From a virus (lineage: Duplodnaviria; Caudoviricetes): DNA of 64,000 nt. Numbering within the stretch: the stretch's first letter is position 1; every line of letters starts with the position of its first letter. Below, in pieces: positions 19,992-30,152 of the stretch. Under the pieces are notes generated by a model. That model was given only the letters and a program-made list of their open reading frames with translations, had not been told where the DNA came from and did no database searches. Location of the stretch: IMG/VR virus record IMGVR_UViG_3300034062_005626, one strand, 5' to 3'. Made by a program: the position numbers and the translations under genes.

Positions 19992-21767
19992 CTAAACTCT
20001 TCTTCCTCCAAATAACCAAGAATAATTTTCATAGTCACTTTTAGTTGGTCCAGTATATGTTCTATTACTATACATATCATTTTGAACCGGAATTGATGGA
20101 TTAAAATTTTGTGACGAATCTTTAAACATAGTTTTGTCTGTTGTCCAAGATTCAATCATCGCTTTTGCTTGTTCTGTTGCCTTTTCTAATTTAGAAAAAG
20201 ATGACTCCCCAACATAAATAGCCATTGCCATTGCCATAATTAAATCGTCGTGTTGACCTTTTTGGTGGTCAGGTCTTCCGTTTACATAAACAAAAGTATT
20301 AAGTTCATTAAAAAGTCTTTGGGACCTAACTGCGAACCCAAACCTTAAAGCTTCTTCGAACGCTTGAACAATTAAAACTCGTTTTGAGTTAAAATTTATT
20401 CCTGGTATTTTATCTTCTTGTTTTGGGTCCCATTTCCATTTGTCCGCGGGATTTACACCATCAACATACAAATTTTTATATCCAAGTTCTTGAAGTTTTC
20501 TAGAAGTTGCAACACCCATACCACCTGTAATATCGGTTACAATAAATGCGTTATACATTATTGCCCATTTATATGCTATTTCCGCCACAATATCAGGTGG
20601 AACTTTTGCAATATATTCTAAGACTTGTTCTCTTTCATCAAAATCAATTATAATAAAAGTTGTAAAATCTTCACTGTCCCCTCTCGAAACGTCCATTCCC
20701 ATAATATATCTATGACCAACAATCGGTTCTTTCCATTGCCAAAGAACACCACCCATAAATTTGTTTTCAGGTTCTTTAATATGGTTTTCTTTTATTTTTT
20801 TCATAGTTTCAGGAGGAATAACATTATCCCCTGACCCTAAAAAGTTACATTCTAATTCTTGTGATATTTTACGTTTATCAAATTTTAATTTTTTTGACAT
20901 CGCCTCAAACCACGATGAATATGCCTTGTATCCGTTTTCAATTTTTTGTTTAATATCCTCAAAATCCCTATCCGATACTTTTATATTTGAATAATCGATA
21001 GTAATTTCATCATCCTTATAGTCAGCTCTATTTAACATGTAATGTATTATATCATCACACTTGATTAGTTTTAAGTCTTTGGAGTATCTAGGGTCTCTAA
21101 ACCAAAACATCTCAGTAATTTTAAAGTCATTCATTCCTTTTACTGCCTGAGTATAAATTGAGTAGTAAATTGGGTCGAATCCGTTGGGTGTTGAAATAAC
21201 AATTACTTTACCACCCGTTGAAAGGGATGCCATACACGCTGACCAAAAATCTTCATCAGCATCAATGTATGCCGCCTCATCAAAAATAAGAATAGTTGGT
21301 GTATACCCACGAAGTGCATCTTTTGATGTTGCAACGGCTTTAACTTCACAACCGTTTGTTAATTTAAAATGTCTTGCTGCATTTTTTTCAGAAGAAAATC
21401 CAACACCTAACCAATTTGGCCATTGTTCAACAAATGAACGTACTTTGTTTGCCATCTCAACAGCAGTATCAAGTTTGTTTGCAATAATTAGAATTTTTTC
21501 AGGTTTTGATTTTTTTGCAAAAACTAATCTTTTTGATGCCCATGCAGATGTTACGGTCGATACACCCGCTTGACGATATTTAAGTGCTATATTTTCTTCA
21601 GCAGTATCGTAATCTTTTACCAAAGTGACTTGGTCATTAAATAGTTCTAGCGGTACGTATTTTGATTGTGTGTTGTCGTAAGTTTGCAAATATGTTTTTA
21701 GTGCGTAAGGTGTGTCGTTTACACATTTAGCATATTCTAATAATATTTGTTCTTTTGAAAGCGACAT
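19992..21767 (-). CDS. terminase large subunit (gp17-like)
   Basis: LKYRQAGVST, ILIFDEAA Walker B, ISTPNG motif C, MGMDVSRGDSED and HDDLIMA nuclease motifs. Confidence 0.95.
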   Translation of the reverse strand: MSLSKEQILLEYAKCVNDTPYALKTYLQTYDNTQSKYVPLELFNDQVTLVKDYDTAEENIALKYRQAGVSTVTSAWASKRLVFAKKSKPEKILIIANKLDTAVEMANKVRSFVEQWPNWLGVGFSSEKNAARHFKLTNGCEVKAVATSKDALRGYTPTILIFDEAAYIDADEDFWSACMASLSTGGKVIVISTPNGFDPIYYSIYTQAVKGMNDFKITEMFWFRDPRYSKDLKLIKCDDIIHYMLNRADYKDDEITIDYSNIKVSDRDFEDIKQKIENGYKAYSSWFEAMSKKLKFDKRKISQELECNFLGSGDNVIPPETMKKIKENHIKEPENKFMGGVLWQWKEPIVGHRYIMGMDVSRGDSEDFTTFIIIDFDEREQVLEYIAKVPPDIVAEIAYKWAIMYNAFIVTDITGGMGVATSRKLQELGYKNLYVDGVNPADKWKWDPKQEDKIPGINFNSKRVLIVQAFEEALRFGFAVRSQRLFNELNTFVYVNGRPDHQKGQHDDLIMAMAMAIYVGESSFSKLEKATEQAKAMIESWTTDKTMFKDSSQNFNPSIPVQNDMYSNRTYTGPTKSDYENYSWLFGGRRV

Positions 21768-21773
21768 TCATTT

Positions 21774-22406
21774 TTAAATTCTACTTCTAAAATTTCTTAA
21801 AAGTTCTCCTTTTGTAAAGTGAGTTGGTATATGTTTTTGTACTATTGATAAAATACTTTCTTCTAATTTTTTTACATCATCCTCTTCAACTCTTTTTGGT
21901 AGACCTTTGTGTTTTGTGGATGCAAAATCTTCTAATTCTTTTTTAGACATTTCTTTTGCCATGTTTTGAACTTTTTTAGAAACCTTGGATTTTGGAGTAT
22001 CCCCTTTTTTAACAGAAAGAGCTAATCCCATAATTTTTTGTTGTTGTCTAGAGACCGCTTTTTCTTCAAGTTCTCCTTCAATCGACATTCCGTCATATTC
22101 ATCACCAAATCCATCATCTGAACCAGGTCCAGAATAATTATCACCCGTTTCATATGGGTCGTTTCCTGCCATTCTATTTAATGCGAAGTCATCTTCTTCA
22201 AGTTCTTCTTCATAAGTAACAAATGATTTACCGGCAGATTTGGCCTTAGCCTCTTCAGGGGAACCTTTTTTAACATTAAGTGTCCCTTCTTGCTCCATAA
22301 TTCTACGGTATAAAGAAGATAATTGTTTTTCTGATAGATTTTCTAATGTTTTAATAGAAAACCCTTCATGAAGTAATTTTTGAAGTTTATAATTCATGTG
22401 TTTCAT
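21774..22406 (-). CDS. leader-bearing protein with DUF3008-like domain
   Basis: EKAVSRQQQKIMGLALSVKKG...MSKKELEDFASTKHKGLP matches the DUF3008 pattern. Confidence 0.7.
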   Translation of the reverse strand: MKHMNYKLQKLLHEGFSIKTLENLSEKQLSSLYRRIMEQEGTLNVKKGSPEEAKAKSAGKSFVTYEEELEEDDFALNRMAGNDPYETGDNYSGPGSDDGFGDEYDGMSIEGELEEKAVSRQQQKIMGLALSVKKGDTPKSKVSKKVQNMAKEMSKKELEDFASTKHKGLPKRVEEDDVKKLEESILSIVQKHIPTHFTKGELLRNFRSRI

Positions 22407-22806
22407 TTAGCATCAAATTTTTTTCCCAATTTAATACGACATCTCTTTCGTATAATTTACTTTCAACATTTTCAATACTTTCTCCGTATTGAAAAACTAA
22501 TCGTTTCTTTTTATATACAATTATTTCATCTGAATCCGATTTTTCCCATCCTAATGAAATAACGCCATCAACAGCATCATAAACACAAAAAAAGTCTGAA
22601 TTTTGAACTAATTCTAATTCTATGTCTGAGTTTTTTAAAATACCAACTTTTTTGATAAATTCAATTTTTGGTGGTTGTGGTCGGCCAGCTGCCGGTTCAA
22701 TATCCCAATCTTCACCATACGAGTCATCAACGTCTGAAAAAATAAATTCATAAATATTGTCTCCTCTAAAGTTTGGTCCTAACTCATTTATATAAATTAA
22801 ATTCAT
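22387..22806 (-). CDS. hypothetical protein
   Basis: 139-aa ORF overlapping both neighbours. Confidence 0.75.
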   Translation of the reverse strand: MNLIYINELGPNFRGDNIYEFIFSDVDDSYGEDWDIEPAAGRPQPPKIEFIKKVGILKNSDIELELVQNSDFFCVYDAVDGVISLGWEKSDSDEIIVYKKKRLVFQYGESIENVESKLYERDVVLNWEKNLMLNETHEL

Positions 22807-24116
22807 ATAATATTTCCTCTTGTGTCTATTTTAATTTGTTTACCTTTTTTATTAAAAATTAAATTATCTAAATTTGTTTTACCTACAAATTGTGCTCCTT
22901 CAGATAAAAGTCTATTTGCTCTTTCCAACTGACGATTAGTTTCTGATAAATTTTGCAACTCTTGTTTTACTTTTATCTGTGTTAATTTGTTTTTAATATA
23001 ATCTTTTTGTTTTTTTTCTTCTAAAATTGGAGCTTCTTCTTTTGTTACTACAAAATATTTTTTCAAAACATTTTCAACTCTTGATTCTCCAAAAACATTT
23101 TCTGTTGGCTCTTGTGGCATTGGTTCTTCACCACCCATAGGAGCTCCGCCCATTGGTTCTCCTCCAAATTCCTCACCACCAAAATTGACATCTTCTTCAC
23201 CACTAAAATCTAAACTTTCTGGTCCTTCATCGCCGTACATATCAATTTCTTCAAATTTAGATAAAATGTCTTCTTTATCATCCTCGTCCAACTTTTCTAA
23301 ATCTAAAGCCGATAAAACCATGTTTATAACATATTTAATATCCTGTGAATCCAATCCGTCTTCATCTTGATTGTTATATGCTCTTAATTTTTGTGATAAT
23401 TTACCTGTAAGTCTTTGAATAGTTTTGAATCCTCCACCTTCTTCAGTCTCACCGCCCATTGGTTCTCCACCCATAGGCTCACCGCCCATTGGTTCTCCAC
23501 CCATAGGCTCACCACCCATTTGTTCTCCACCCATCATTTCATCACCCATAGGTTCTCCTCCCATAGGTTCTCCACCCATCATTTCATCACCCATTGGCTC
23601 ACCACCTTCTTCAGGTGCTGGTGGTGCAGGAGTTTCTTCAGGAGCAGGAGCAGGTGACGATTCAGGTGCTGGCGGTGCAGGTGCAGGTGCTGGCGCTGCG
23701 TCAGGAGTTGGTTCCGTTGCGGGTTTAGGTGTTTTTAAAACAAATTTTTTTTTTGAAGCGGTTTGCTCGCCAATTAAAGGAATCTCCTCGTCATTCTCAT
23801 GAATACGATTTAATTCTTTAGCGTGAAGATTCAACTTTTTCATCGCCTGAGAATACGAATCAAAATATTTTCTTTGTCTAATTGGGTCTGAATAATCTAA
23901 AACAGATTCATTAATCCCTTTTTTAATTATATAACCTAACTTTTCTTTAACAATACCGTAAGTGTAACCATCGGCTAATTGAATGGTATAGTTCAAAGTT
24001 TCGTTTTCGTTAAGTTGTGATTTTGGTTTTTCATTATAATGTGCAATTTCTAAGATACGTCTAATTTTGTCCATACCTTCTAATTTTTCACTTCCAAGTG
24101 GTTTCAAATCTGCCAT
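22803..24116 (-). CDS. acidic low-complexity prohead core/internal protein
   Basis: Pro/Ala linker, GGEPM repeats, many x-x-E sites, late motif upstream. Confidence 0.65.
   Translation of the reverse strand: MADLKPLGSEKLEGMDKIRRILEIAHYNEKPKSQLNENETLNYTIQLADGYTYGIVKEKLGYIIKKGINESVLDYSDPIRQRKYFDSYSQAMKKLNLHAKELNRIHENDEEIPLIGEQTASKKKFVLKTPKPATEPTPDAAPAPAPAPPAPESSPAPAPEETPAPPAPEEGGEPMGDEMMGGEPMGGEPMGDEMMGGEQMGGEPMGGEPMGGEPMGGEPMGGETEEGGGFKTIQRLTGKLSQKLRAYNNQDEDGLDSQDIKYVINMVLSALDLEKLDEDDKEDILSKFEEIDMYGDEGPESLDFSGEEDVNFGGEEFGGEPMGGAPMGGEEPMPQEPTENVFGESRVENVLKKYFVVTKEEAPILEEKKQKDYIKNKLTQIKVKQELQNLSETNRQLERANRLLSEGAQFVGKTNLDNLIFNKKGKQIKIDTRGNII
23449..23604 (-). repeat. 15-bp-period imperfect repeat encoding (M)GGEPM units
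   Basis: About 10 consecutive pentapeptide units MGGEP/MGDEM. Confidence 0.85.
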
Positions 24117-24211
24117 TTTGTGTTTTTCTTAATATGTTATTTTTAATATAAATATCCAAAAGGATAGTTTAACTCAATAATAAATATATTGTTAATAGAT
24201 AAATTGACTAA

Positions 24212-24985
24212 TTATTCAATATTTAAGTTTTCTAATGATAATTTTTTATCAGTAATCTTGTTTTTGAAGTCTTCAAGTTTTTTTATATAACCTGTTCTTC
24301 TTAAAAACTTAAACACCAAATTTTCATATGAATACTCCCCTTCTTTTGTTAATCCACAAGTTCTGTATTTTCTTAACTTTTCTTTATATTTCTTAACAAG
24401 GTCAATTGCGTCTTTTAAATCTTCATCTTCTGCGTTTTCTAAAACACCATCTATAATATCCATCCATTGTTGTGCCTTTTCTTTAATCTTTTTCTCATCG
24501 ACTTCAAAATTTTCTTTTTCTGGTTTTCTAATCCATGTATCAGAAACCAAAGAATAAGACCCCATACTTTTTTCTTTTTCGTTTGAGTCTTGAATAAAAA
24601 CTTCAACTTCATAACCTTTAATTCTAATGTCATGAGATGCGTTAAACAATGTTTTTTTTAGGTGAAAAAGTTCTTCATATAATTCTTTATTTTCACCGGC
24701 TTCATTAAAATCATATAATAAATGAACGTCAAAATCAGAAAACTCAGACCAATTATAACCAGTTAAAGAACCAATTAGTATAATGTCTTGAATAAAAATG
24801 TCTTGGTCGATTGTTTTTAAAAAAACGTCAGCAACTTGTAAAAGTTTTTTTCTAATTTCAGGTTTTAATTTATAGAATTGGGCGTCTTTGTTACCCATAT
24901 ATTTTTCATTGGGTAATTCCCAAACTTCAGGATTAAGTTTGTCTTGTAAATAAAAGCTGTTTATAACTTTTTTAAATTCCTTCAT
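24212..24985 (-). CDS. DNA polymerase beta-superfamily nucleotidyltransferase
   Basis: LIGSLTGYNWSEFSDFDVH (GS + DxD) and YEVEVF third acidic residue. Confidence 0.8.
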   Translation of the reverse strand: MKEFKKVINSFYLQDKLNPEVWELPNEKYMGNKDAQFYKLKPEIRKKLLQVADVFLKTIDQDIFIQDIILIGSLTGYNWSEFSDFDVHLLYDFNEAGENKELYEELFHLKKTLFNASHDIRIKGYEVEVFIQDSNEKEKSMGSYSLVSDTWIRKPEKENFEVDEKKIKEKAQQWMDIIDGVLENAEDEDLKDAIDLVKKYKEKLRKYRTCGLTKEGEYSYENLVFKFLRRTGYIKKLEDFKNKITDKKLSLENLNIE

Positions 24986-25013
24986 ATTAATAAATACATT
25001 ATCAATATGATTT

Positions 25014-25256
25014 TCAAAGTTTTTTGTATTTGAATTTTTTTGCTATGTTTTGATTGAAATATTTTCCTTGGGAGTCAGATAATCTAAATTGAGAATATAT
25101 TGAATGTGGAACTTCTTCATATTCATATAACATTTCGTTGTTAAAAGTGATTTTTAATGTTTTATTTTCAATATCATATTCACTTCTTTTTAAATTAGAA
25201 GATGTTATTTCACAAATAATTTTGTTTCCTTCTATGTCTGTTCTAGTTATTGCCAT
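25014..25256 (-). CDS. KTSC-domain protein (start moved to ATG 25256)
   Basis: SSNLKRSEYD...LKITF...YEYEEVP..Y......SQGKYFNQNI KTSC signature. Confidence 0.9.
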   Translation of the reverse strand: MAITRTDIEGNKIICEITSSNLKRSEYDIENKTLKITFNNEMLYEYEEVPHSIYSQFRLSDSQGKYFNQNIAKKFKYKKL

Positions 25257-25315
25257 GTTAATATATTTTTCAAAAAAATAGTAAAAATTATAAAAGTAGT
25301 AAACACACAAATAAA

Positions 25316-25337
25316 AAATCCACCCGAAGGTGGATTT
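25316..25337 (-). terminator. intrinsic terminator after dnaK
   Basis: AAATCCACC-CGAA-GGTGGATTT hairpin (UUCG loop on minus strand) with T-tract. Confidence 0.85.
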
Positions 25338-25358
25338 AAAATTTACAATCTTGGGAGA

Positions 25359-27215
25359 TTATTTTACCTCTTCAAAATCTACATTTGTAACTTCTTCTTC
25401 ATTATCAGAACTTTCTGAAGCTTGGTTATACAAATTTTGACTTATTTTTTGAAACTCGTTATTTACCTCATCCATTAACGATTTAATATTTTCAATATTT
25501 TTTTCGTTATATGCAGTTTTTAGATTTTCAATTTTAGAAGTGATATTTTCTTTATCTTCATCTGAAATTTTATTTTTTAAATCTTCCAAAGACTTTGAAA
25601 CTTGAAAAATCATAGAATCTGCCGAATTTAATGTGTCAGCATCCTCTTTTAATTTTTTGTCAATTTCGGCATTTTGTTCTGCATCCATTTTCATTTTTTC
25701 AATTTCTTCTTTGGATAATCCTGATGAAGACTCAATTCTAATTGATTGAGTTTTATTTGTTGCTTTGTCTAATGCTGATACATTTATAATACCATTAGCG
25801 TCAATGTCAAAAGTAACTTCAATTTGAGGAACACCTCTTCTTGATGGTGGGAATCCGTCCAAATGGAACTTTCCGATAGTTTTATTGTCTTTAGCCATAG
25901 ACCTTTCTCCTTGCAATACATGAATTTCTACGGAAGGTTGATTATCGACTGCGGTTGAAAATACTTCAGATTTTTTTGTTGGGATTGTTGTGTTTGCACT
26001 TATTAGTTTAGTAAAAACACCCCCCATAGTTTCAATACCCAAAGATAGTGGTGTTACGTCCAATAATAATACATCTGTCACATCCCCACCTAATACACCA
26101 CCTTGGATTGCTGCCCCTAACGCAACCACCTCATCAGGGTTTACACCTTTTGATGGGTCTTTACCAAAAAACTTCTTAACCGCCTCTTGAATTGCGGGGA
26201 TTCTAGTTGAACCACCGACCAAAATAATTTCGTCAATATCTGAAGGTTTTAATCCCGCATTTTTAAGTGCTGATTCACATGGTTTGATAGTACGTTTTAC
26301 TAAATCTTCAGTTAATTGGTCAAATTTAGATTTTGTAATTTTTAAAACTAAATGTTTTGGTCCTGTTGAATCGGCAGTAAGATAAGGTAGATTGATGTCA
26401 GTTGAAGGTGAAGATGACAACTCAATTTTAGCTTTTTCTGCTGATTCTTTTAATCTTTGAATCGCCATAGGGTCTTTTGTGATGTCGATACTTGTTTCGT
26501 TTTTAAATTCACTAACCATGTAATCAATTAAAACTTGGTCAAAATCATCTCCACCTAAATGAGTATCTCCGTCTGTAGATAAAACTTCAAATACACCGTC
26601 ACCAAGTTCCAAAATCGAAACGTCATGAGTACCACCTCCACAGTCAAAAACAACAATTTTCATTTCTTTTGACATTTTATCTAATCCGTATGCTAAAGCC
26701 GCTGCGGTTGGTTCGTTTATAATTCTTCTAACCGTTAATCCCGCAATTTCACCAGCTTCTTTTGTTGCTTGTCTTTGAGCGTCATTAAAATATGCGGGTA
26801 CGGTGATGACCGCCTCAGTTACTTTTTCACCTAAGTAGTCTTCAGCTGTTTGTTTCATTTTTTGTAAAATAGTTGCTGAAATTTCTTGAGGTGAAAATTT
26901 CTTATCGTCAATAAGAACTCTTGGATTATTTTTTTCACTCACAACTTTATAAGGTACTTTTTTGATTTCACTTTTTGTTTCATCAAAACTTGTACCCATA
27001 AATCTTTTAATTGAGTATATTGTTTTTTCAGGATTTGTCACCGCCTGTCTTTTTGCGGGGTCTCCAATTTTTCTCTCACCGTCTTTAACAAATCCAACAA
27101 CTGATGGTGTTGTTCTTTTTCCTTCGCTGTTTGTAATTACTACCGGCTCACGACCTTCCATTACTGCTACACAAGAATTAGTTGTTCCTAAGTCTATACC
27201 AATAATTTTTCCCAT
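25359..27215 (-). CDS. dnaK: Hsp70 chaperone DnaK
   Basis: [37 protein letters not shown] linker, DNQPSV, DFEEVK tail. Confidence 0.98.
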   Translation of the reverse strand: MGKIIGIDLGTTNSCVAVMEGREPVVITNSEGKRTTPSVVGFVKDGERKIGDPAKRQAVTNPEKTIYSIKRFMGTSFDETKSEIKKVPYKVVSEKNNPRVLIDDKKFSPQEISATILQKMKQTAEDYLGEKVTEAVITVPAYFNDAQRQATKEAGEIAGLTVRRIINEPTAAALAYGLDKMSKEMKIVVFDCGGGTHDVSILELGDGVFEVLSTDGDTHLGGDDFDQVLIDYMVSEFKNETSIDITKDPMAIQRLKESAEKAKIELSSSPSTDINLPYLTADSTGPKHLVLKITKSKFDQLTEDLVKRTIKPCESALKNAGLKPSDIDEIILVGGSTRIPAIQEAVKKFFGKDPSKGVNPDEVVALGAAIQGGVLGGDVTDVLLLDVTPLSLGIETMGGVFTKLISANTTIPTKKSEVFSTAVDNQPSVEIHVLQGERSMAKDNKTIGKFHLDGFPPSRRGVPQIEVTFDIDANGIINVSALDKATNKTQSIRIESSSGLSKEEIEKMKMDAEQNAEIDKKLKEDADTLNSADSMIFQVSKSLEDLKNKISDEDKENITSKIENLKTAYNEKNIENIKSLMDEVNNEFQKISQNLYNQASESSDNEEEVTNVDFEEVK

Positions 27216-27290
27216 TTTTTGTTTAACATTTTTTATAGTTTATTTTTTTTGTTTATTTTATTCAACAAATTTGTGCCACAATTAAAAGTA

Positions 27291-27335
27291 TGACAAAATG
27301 TCAGTATCGTCAACATATGTCAAGACATAATGTCA
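27291..27335. promoter_or_regulatory. candidate operator array TGACA-N3-TGTCA between divergent dnaK and clpC
   Basis: Perfect inverted repeat 27291-27303, imperfect copy 27323-27335, additional YGTCA half-sites at 27308 and 27318. Confidence 0.5.
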
Positions 27336-27394
27336 AAAATGTATTTTTTAATTGATTATTAATAAAGTTAGTTATACTTTTTAAAAAAAACAAT

Positions 27395-29437
27395 ATGATT
27401 GAATCAGCAGACAACAACGAAAAAGACAAAGGAAAAAAAACTGAAACCACAGGTAAAACACCCGTGTTGGATAATTTTTCAAGAGATTTAATAAAAGCGG
27501 CAGAAGAGGGTAAATTGGACCCTATTATTGGAAGAGAACAAGAAATTAACAGGATTGCACAAATTCTATCAAGAAGAAAAAAGAATAACCCAATTATTAT
27601 TGGTGAACCTGGTTGTGGAAAAACTGCTATTGTGGAAGGATTAGCCAAAAAAATATTTGAAGGGGATTGTCCTCAGAATTTAGTTAGTAAAAGAATTGTC
27701 TCTTTAGATTTAACCTCTGTAGTTGCAGGAACAAAGTATAGAGGTCAGTTTGAAGAAAGAATGAAAGTTATAATTGAAGAATTATACGCAAATCCTGACA
27801 TCATTATTTTTATAGATGAAATCCACACTATGATTGGTGCCGGAAATGCATCAGGTTCCATGGATGCGTCAAATATATTTAAACCAGCGTTGTCAAGAGG
27901 AGAAATTCAATGTATTGGTGCAACCACATTAGAAGAATATAGAAAAAATATTGAAAAGGATGGGGCTCTTGAAAGAAGGTTTCAAAAAGTTGTTGTAGAC
28001 CCATCAACCAAAGAAGAAACTTTAGAAATACTAAAACAATCCAAAGACCGTTACGAAAAACACCATAAAGTTAGATATAGTGAAGATATTTTGAAACTAT
28101 GTGTTGAATTGGCCGATAGATATATTACCGACAGAGAATTTCCTGATAAGGCGTTTGATATACTTGATGAGGTTGGAGCAAGAAGTCAGGTGGAAATCAA
28201 ATTACCTGAATCTATTGAAAAACTAAAAAAAGAAGCTCAAGAAATAAAAGAACAAAAAATAGAAGTAATTAATAAACAAAGGTACGAAGAGGCTGCAAAT
28301 TTAAGAGATAGAGAAAGAAAAGTTTTATCAGAACTTCAAAAAGAAAAAGAAGATTTTGAAAAAAACAGAGACCTTTACCGAAAAGAAGTTACAGAAGAAA
28401 TTGTTTATGATGTTACTTCTTTGATGACAAAAATTCCTATTAATAAAATCACAACTGATGAATCAATTCAATTAGCATCATTACATGAAGTATTAAACAC
28501 AAGAGTAATTGGTCAAAATGAGGCGGTTTCCAAAATTGCAAGAGCAATACAAAGAAATAAAGTTGGTTTAAATGACCCTAAAAAACCAATATTTAGCGGA
28601 TTATTAATTGGTAATTCAGGTGTTGGTAAAACTGAATTAGCAAAACAGTTGGCAAAACATATGTTTAATAGTGAAGACGCACTTATTAGGTTGGATATGA
28701 GTGAATTTTCAGATAAAGTTGCAACATCAAAATTAACAGGAACATCACCAGGTTATGTTGGGTATGAAGATGGTTCACCATTTTTGAACAAAATTAAAAA
28801 CAAACCTTATTCTGTTATTTTATTGGATGAAATAGAAAAGGCTCACCCAGAAATTTTTAATGTATTTTTACAAATGTTAGATGAAGGGTTTTTAACCGAT
28901 GGTCACGGTAGAAAAATTAACTTTAAAAATTGTATTATCCTTATGACATCAAATGTTGGAACAAGAGTTGTTCAACAATTTGGTACAGGTGTTGGGTTTT
29001 CAACATCACATAAAGAAGAAACAAAAGATGAAGAAATAAAATCTTTATTGGAAAAAGAACTTTTTAAAAAGTTTGCACCTGAGTTTATCAATAGATTTGA
29101 TGATATTGTATACTTTAAAGACTTGAATGACAATGATTTAATGAAGATTTTGAATTTAGAACTTGAAAAATTATATACAAGAGTTTCAAATCTTGAATTT
29201 AATGTTGAAGTTGATGAATCACTAAAAAATCACTTAATTAAAGTGGGTACGGACACTAGATTTGGAGCTCGTATTTTGAAAAGAACGGTTCAAAAGTGGG
29301 TGGATGATGCGATTACAGAAAAAGTACTTTCAGATAAGCCAGATAAAAACTCTACATTTTTACTGTCGTATGATGAAAAAAATAATAAAACAGAAGTTAA
29401 AATAAAAAAACCAACAAAAAGAAAAGGTAAGGTTTAA
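27395..29437 (+). CDS. clpC: ClpC-type AAA+ unfoldase lacking the N-terminal repeat domain
   Basis: Two AAA modules (GEPGCGKT, GNSGVGKT), FIDEIH, LLDEIEKAH, short UVR-like M domain, VGF ClpP-docking loop. Confidence 0.9.
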   Translation: MIESADNNEKDKGKKTETTGKTPVLDNFSRDLIKAAEEGKLDPIIGREQEINRIAQILSRRKKNNPIIIGEPGCGKTAIVEGLAKKIFEGDCPQNLVSKRIVSLDLTSVVAGTKYRGQFEERMKVIIEELYANPDIIIFIDEIHTMIGAGNASGSMDASNIFKPALSRGEIQCIGATTLEEYRKNIEKDGALERRFQKVVVDPSTKEETLEILKQSKDRYEKHHKVRYSEDILKLCVELADRYITDREFPDKAFDILDEVGARSQVEIKLPESIEKLKKEAQEIKEQKIEVINKQRYEEAANLRDRERKVLSELQKEKEDFEKNRDLYRKEVTEEIVYDVTSLMTKIPINKITTDESIQLASLHEVLNTRVIGQNEAVSKIARAIQRNKVGLNDPKKPIFSGLLIGNSGVGKTELAKQLAKHMFNSEDALIRLDMSEFSDKVATSKLTGTSPGYVGYEDGSPFLNKIKNKPYSVILLDEIEKAHPEIFNVFLQMLDEGFLTDGHGRKINFKNCIILMTSNVGTRVVQQFGTGVGFSTSHKEETKDEEIKSLLEKELFKKFAPEFINRFDDIVYFKDLNDNDLMKILNLELEKLYTRVSNLEFNVEVDESLKNHLIKVGTDTRFGARILKRTVQKWVDDAITEKVLSDKPDKNSTFLLSYDEKNNKTEVKIKKPTKRKGKV

Positions 29438-29446
29438 TATTATTTA

Positions 29447-30100
29447 TTAGTATTTTCTTTCGCAAGCAAGTTTTTTTCCTTCATACGTAACCCCGTTATT
29501 TTTAAAATCTTTAGCTTTGGTAATTGCGTTTTGTATGTTATTTGAACCTTGGGTATATGTACCAGCTGGAAAATTTTTGTTAAAGCAAACAGAACCGACA
29601 CTTGTGTTAAAAATACTCACGTAAGCTCCGTCTTTTTTGAAAACATTAGGTTTTTTAGTTTTTTCAAAACCCTTACTCAATAACTCTTTAGTGAGTTCAG
29701 GGTCTGAAGAAAAGGTTGGGTCTTTTTTTGTTTGAATTTTTTTAAGAGCCTCATTATACGACACTTCCACCTGTTGGTAAAATTGACAATTCTTTAAAAG
29801 TTCAGGGGTTATGTTTAATGTACCACTATATAAAACCTTAGAATTATAATCAGTAATAGTCAATGATGCTTTATTTTTATTGTCTTGTGAGCGTATTGTT
29901 AAAATTAATGATACAATTGAACTTATGATTTTTTCTTTTTGAAGCATATATCTATATTTTCCACCTGTGTCTACAGATTTGTAACCCTTATTTTTTAAAC
30001 AACTTATTAATTGTGAGTCCAATGTATTTTTTTCTTCATTAATAACTCTTCTTACAATTTTAGCCAAATCTGACTCAGTTAATCTTACAATTCTTTTCAT
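29447..30100 (-). CDS. MKRIVRLTESDL-leader protein, cargo of unknown function (start moved to 30100)
   Basis: Leader MKRIVRLTESDLAKIVRRVINE shared with two other genes; late motif at 30121-30127. Confidence 0.85.
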   Translation of the reverse strand: MKRIVRLTESDLAKIVRRVINEEKNTLDSQLISCLKNKGYKSVDTGGKYRYMLQKEKIISSIVSLILTIRSQDNKNKASLTITDYNSKVLYSGTLNITPELLKNCQFYQQVEVSYNEALKKIQTKKDPTFSSDPELTKELLSKGFEKTKKPNVFKKDGAYVSIFNTSVGSVCFNKNFPAGTYTQGSNNIQNAITKAKDFKNNGVTYEGKKLACERKY

Positions 30101-30130
30101 AATTAATTTTATTATATACAATAAATATAT

Positions 30131-30138
30131 TATATTTG
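30131..30138 (+). promoter_or_regulatory. Bacteroidota -7 promoter element TATATTTG
   Basis: TAnnTTTG consensus 14 nt upstream of the peptidase ATG. Confidence 0.6.
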
Positions 30139-30152
30139 TAAAAAACAAAATA

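Noticed and set aside
18133-23802. Pro/Ser/Gly-rich antisense ORFs (18133..18426, 23415..23657, 23425..23802)
   Set aside because: Antisense shadows of low-complexity tails in portal and the GGEPM protein.
25359-29437. Bacterial chromosome or prophage flank, suggested by dnaK/clpC
   Set aside because: Both are flanked on each side by phage-type genes with the same composition; dnaJ/grpE and other housekeeping context are absent.
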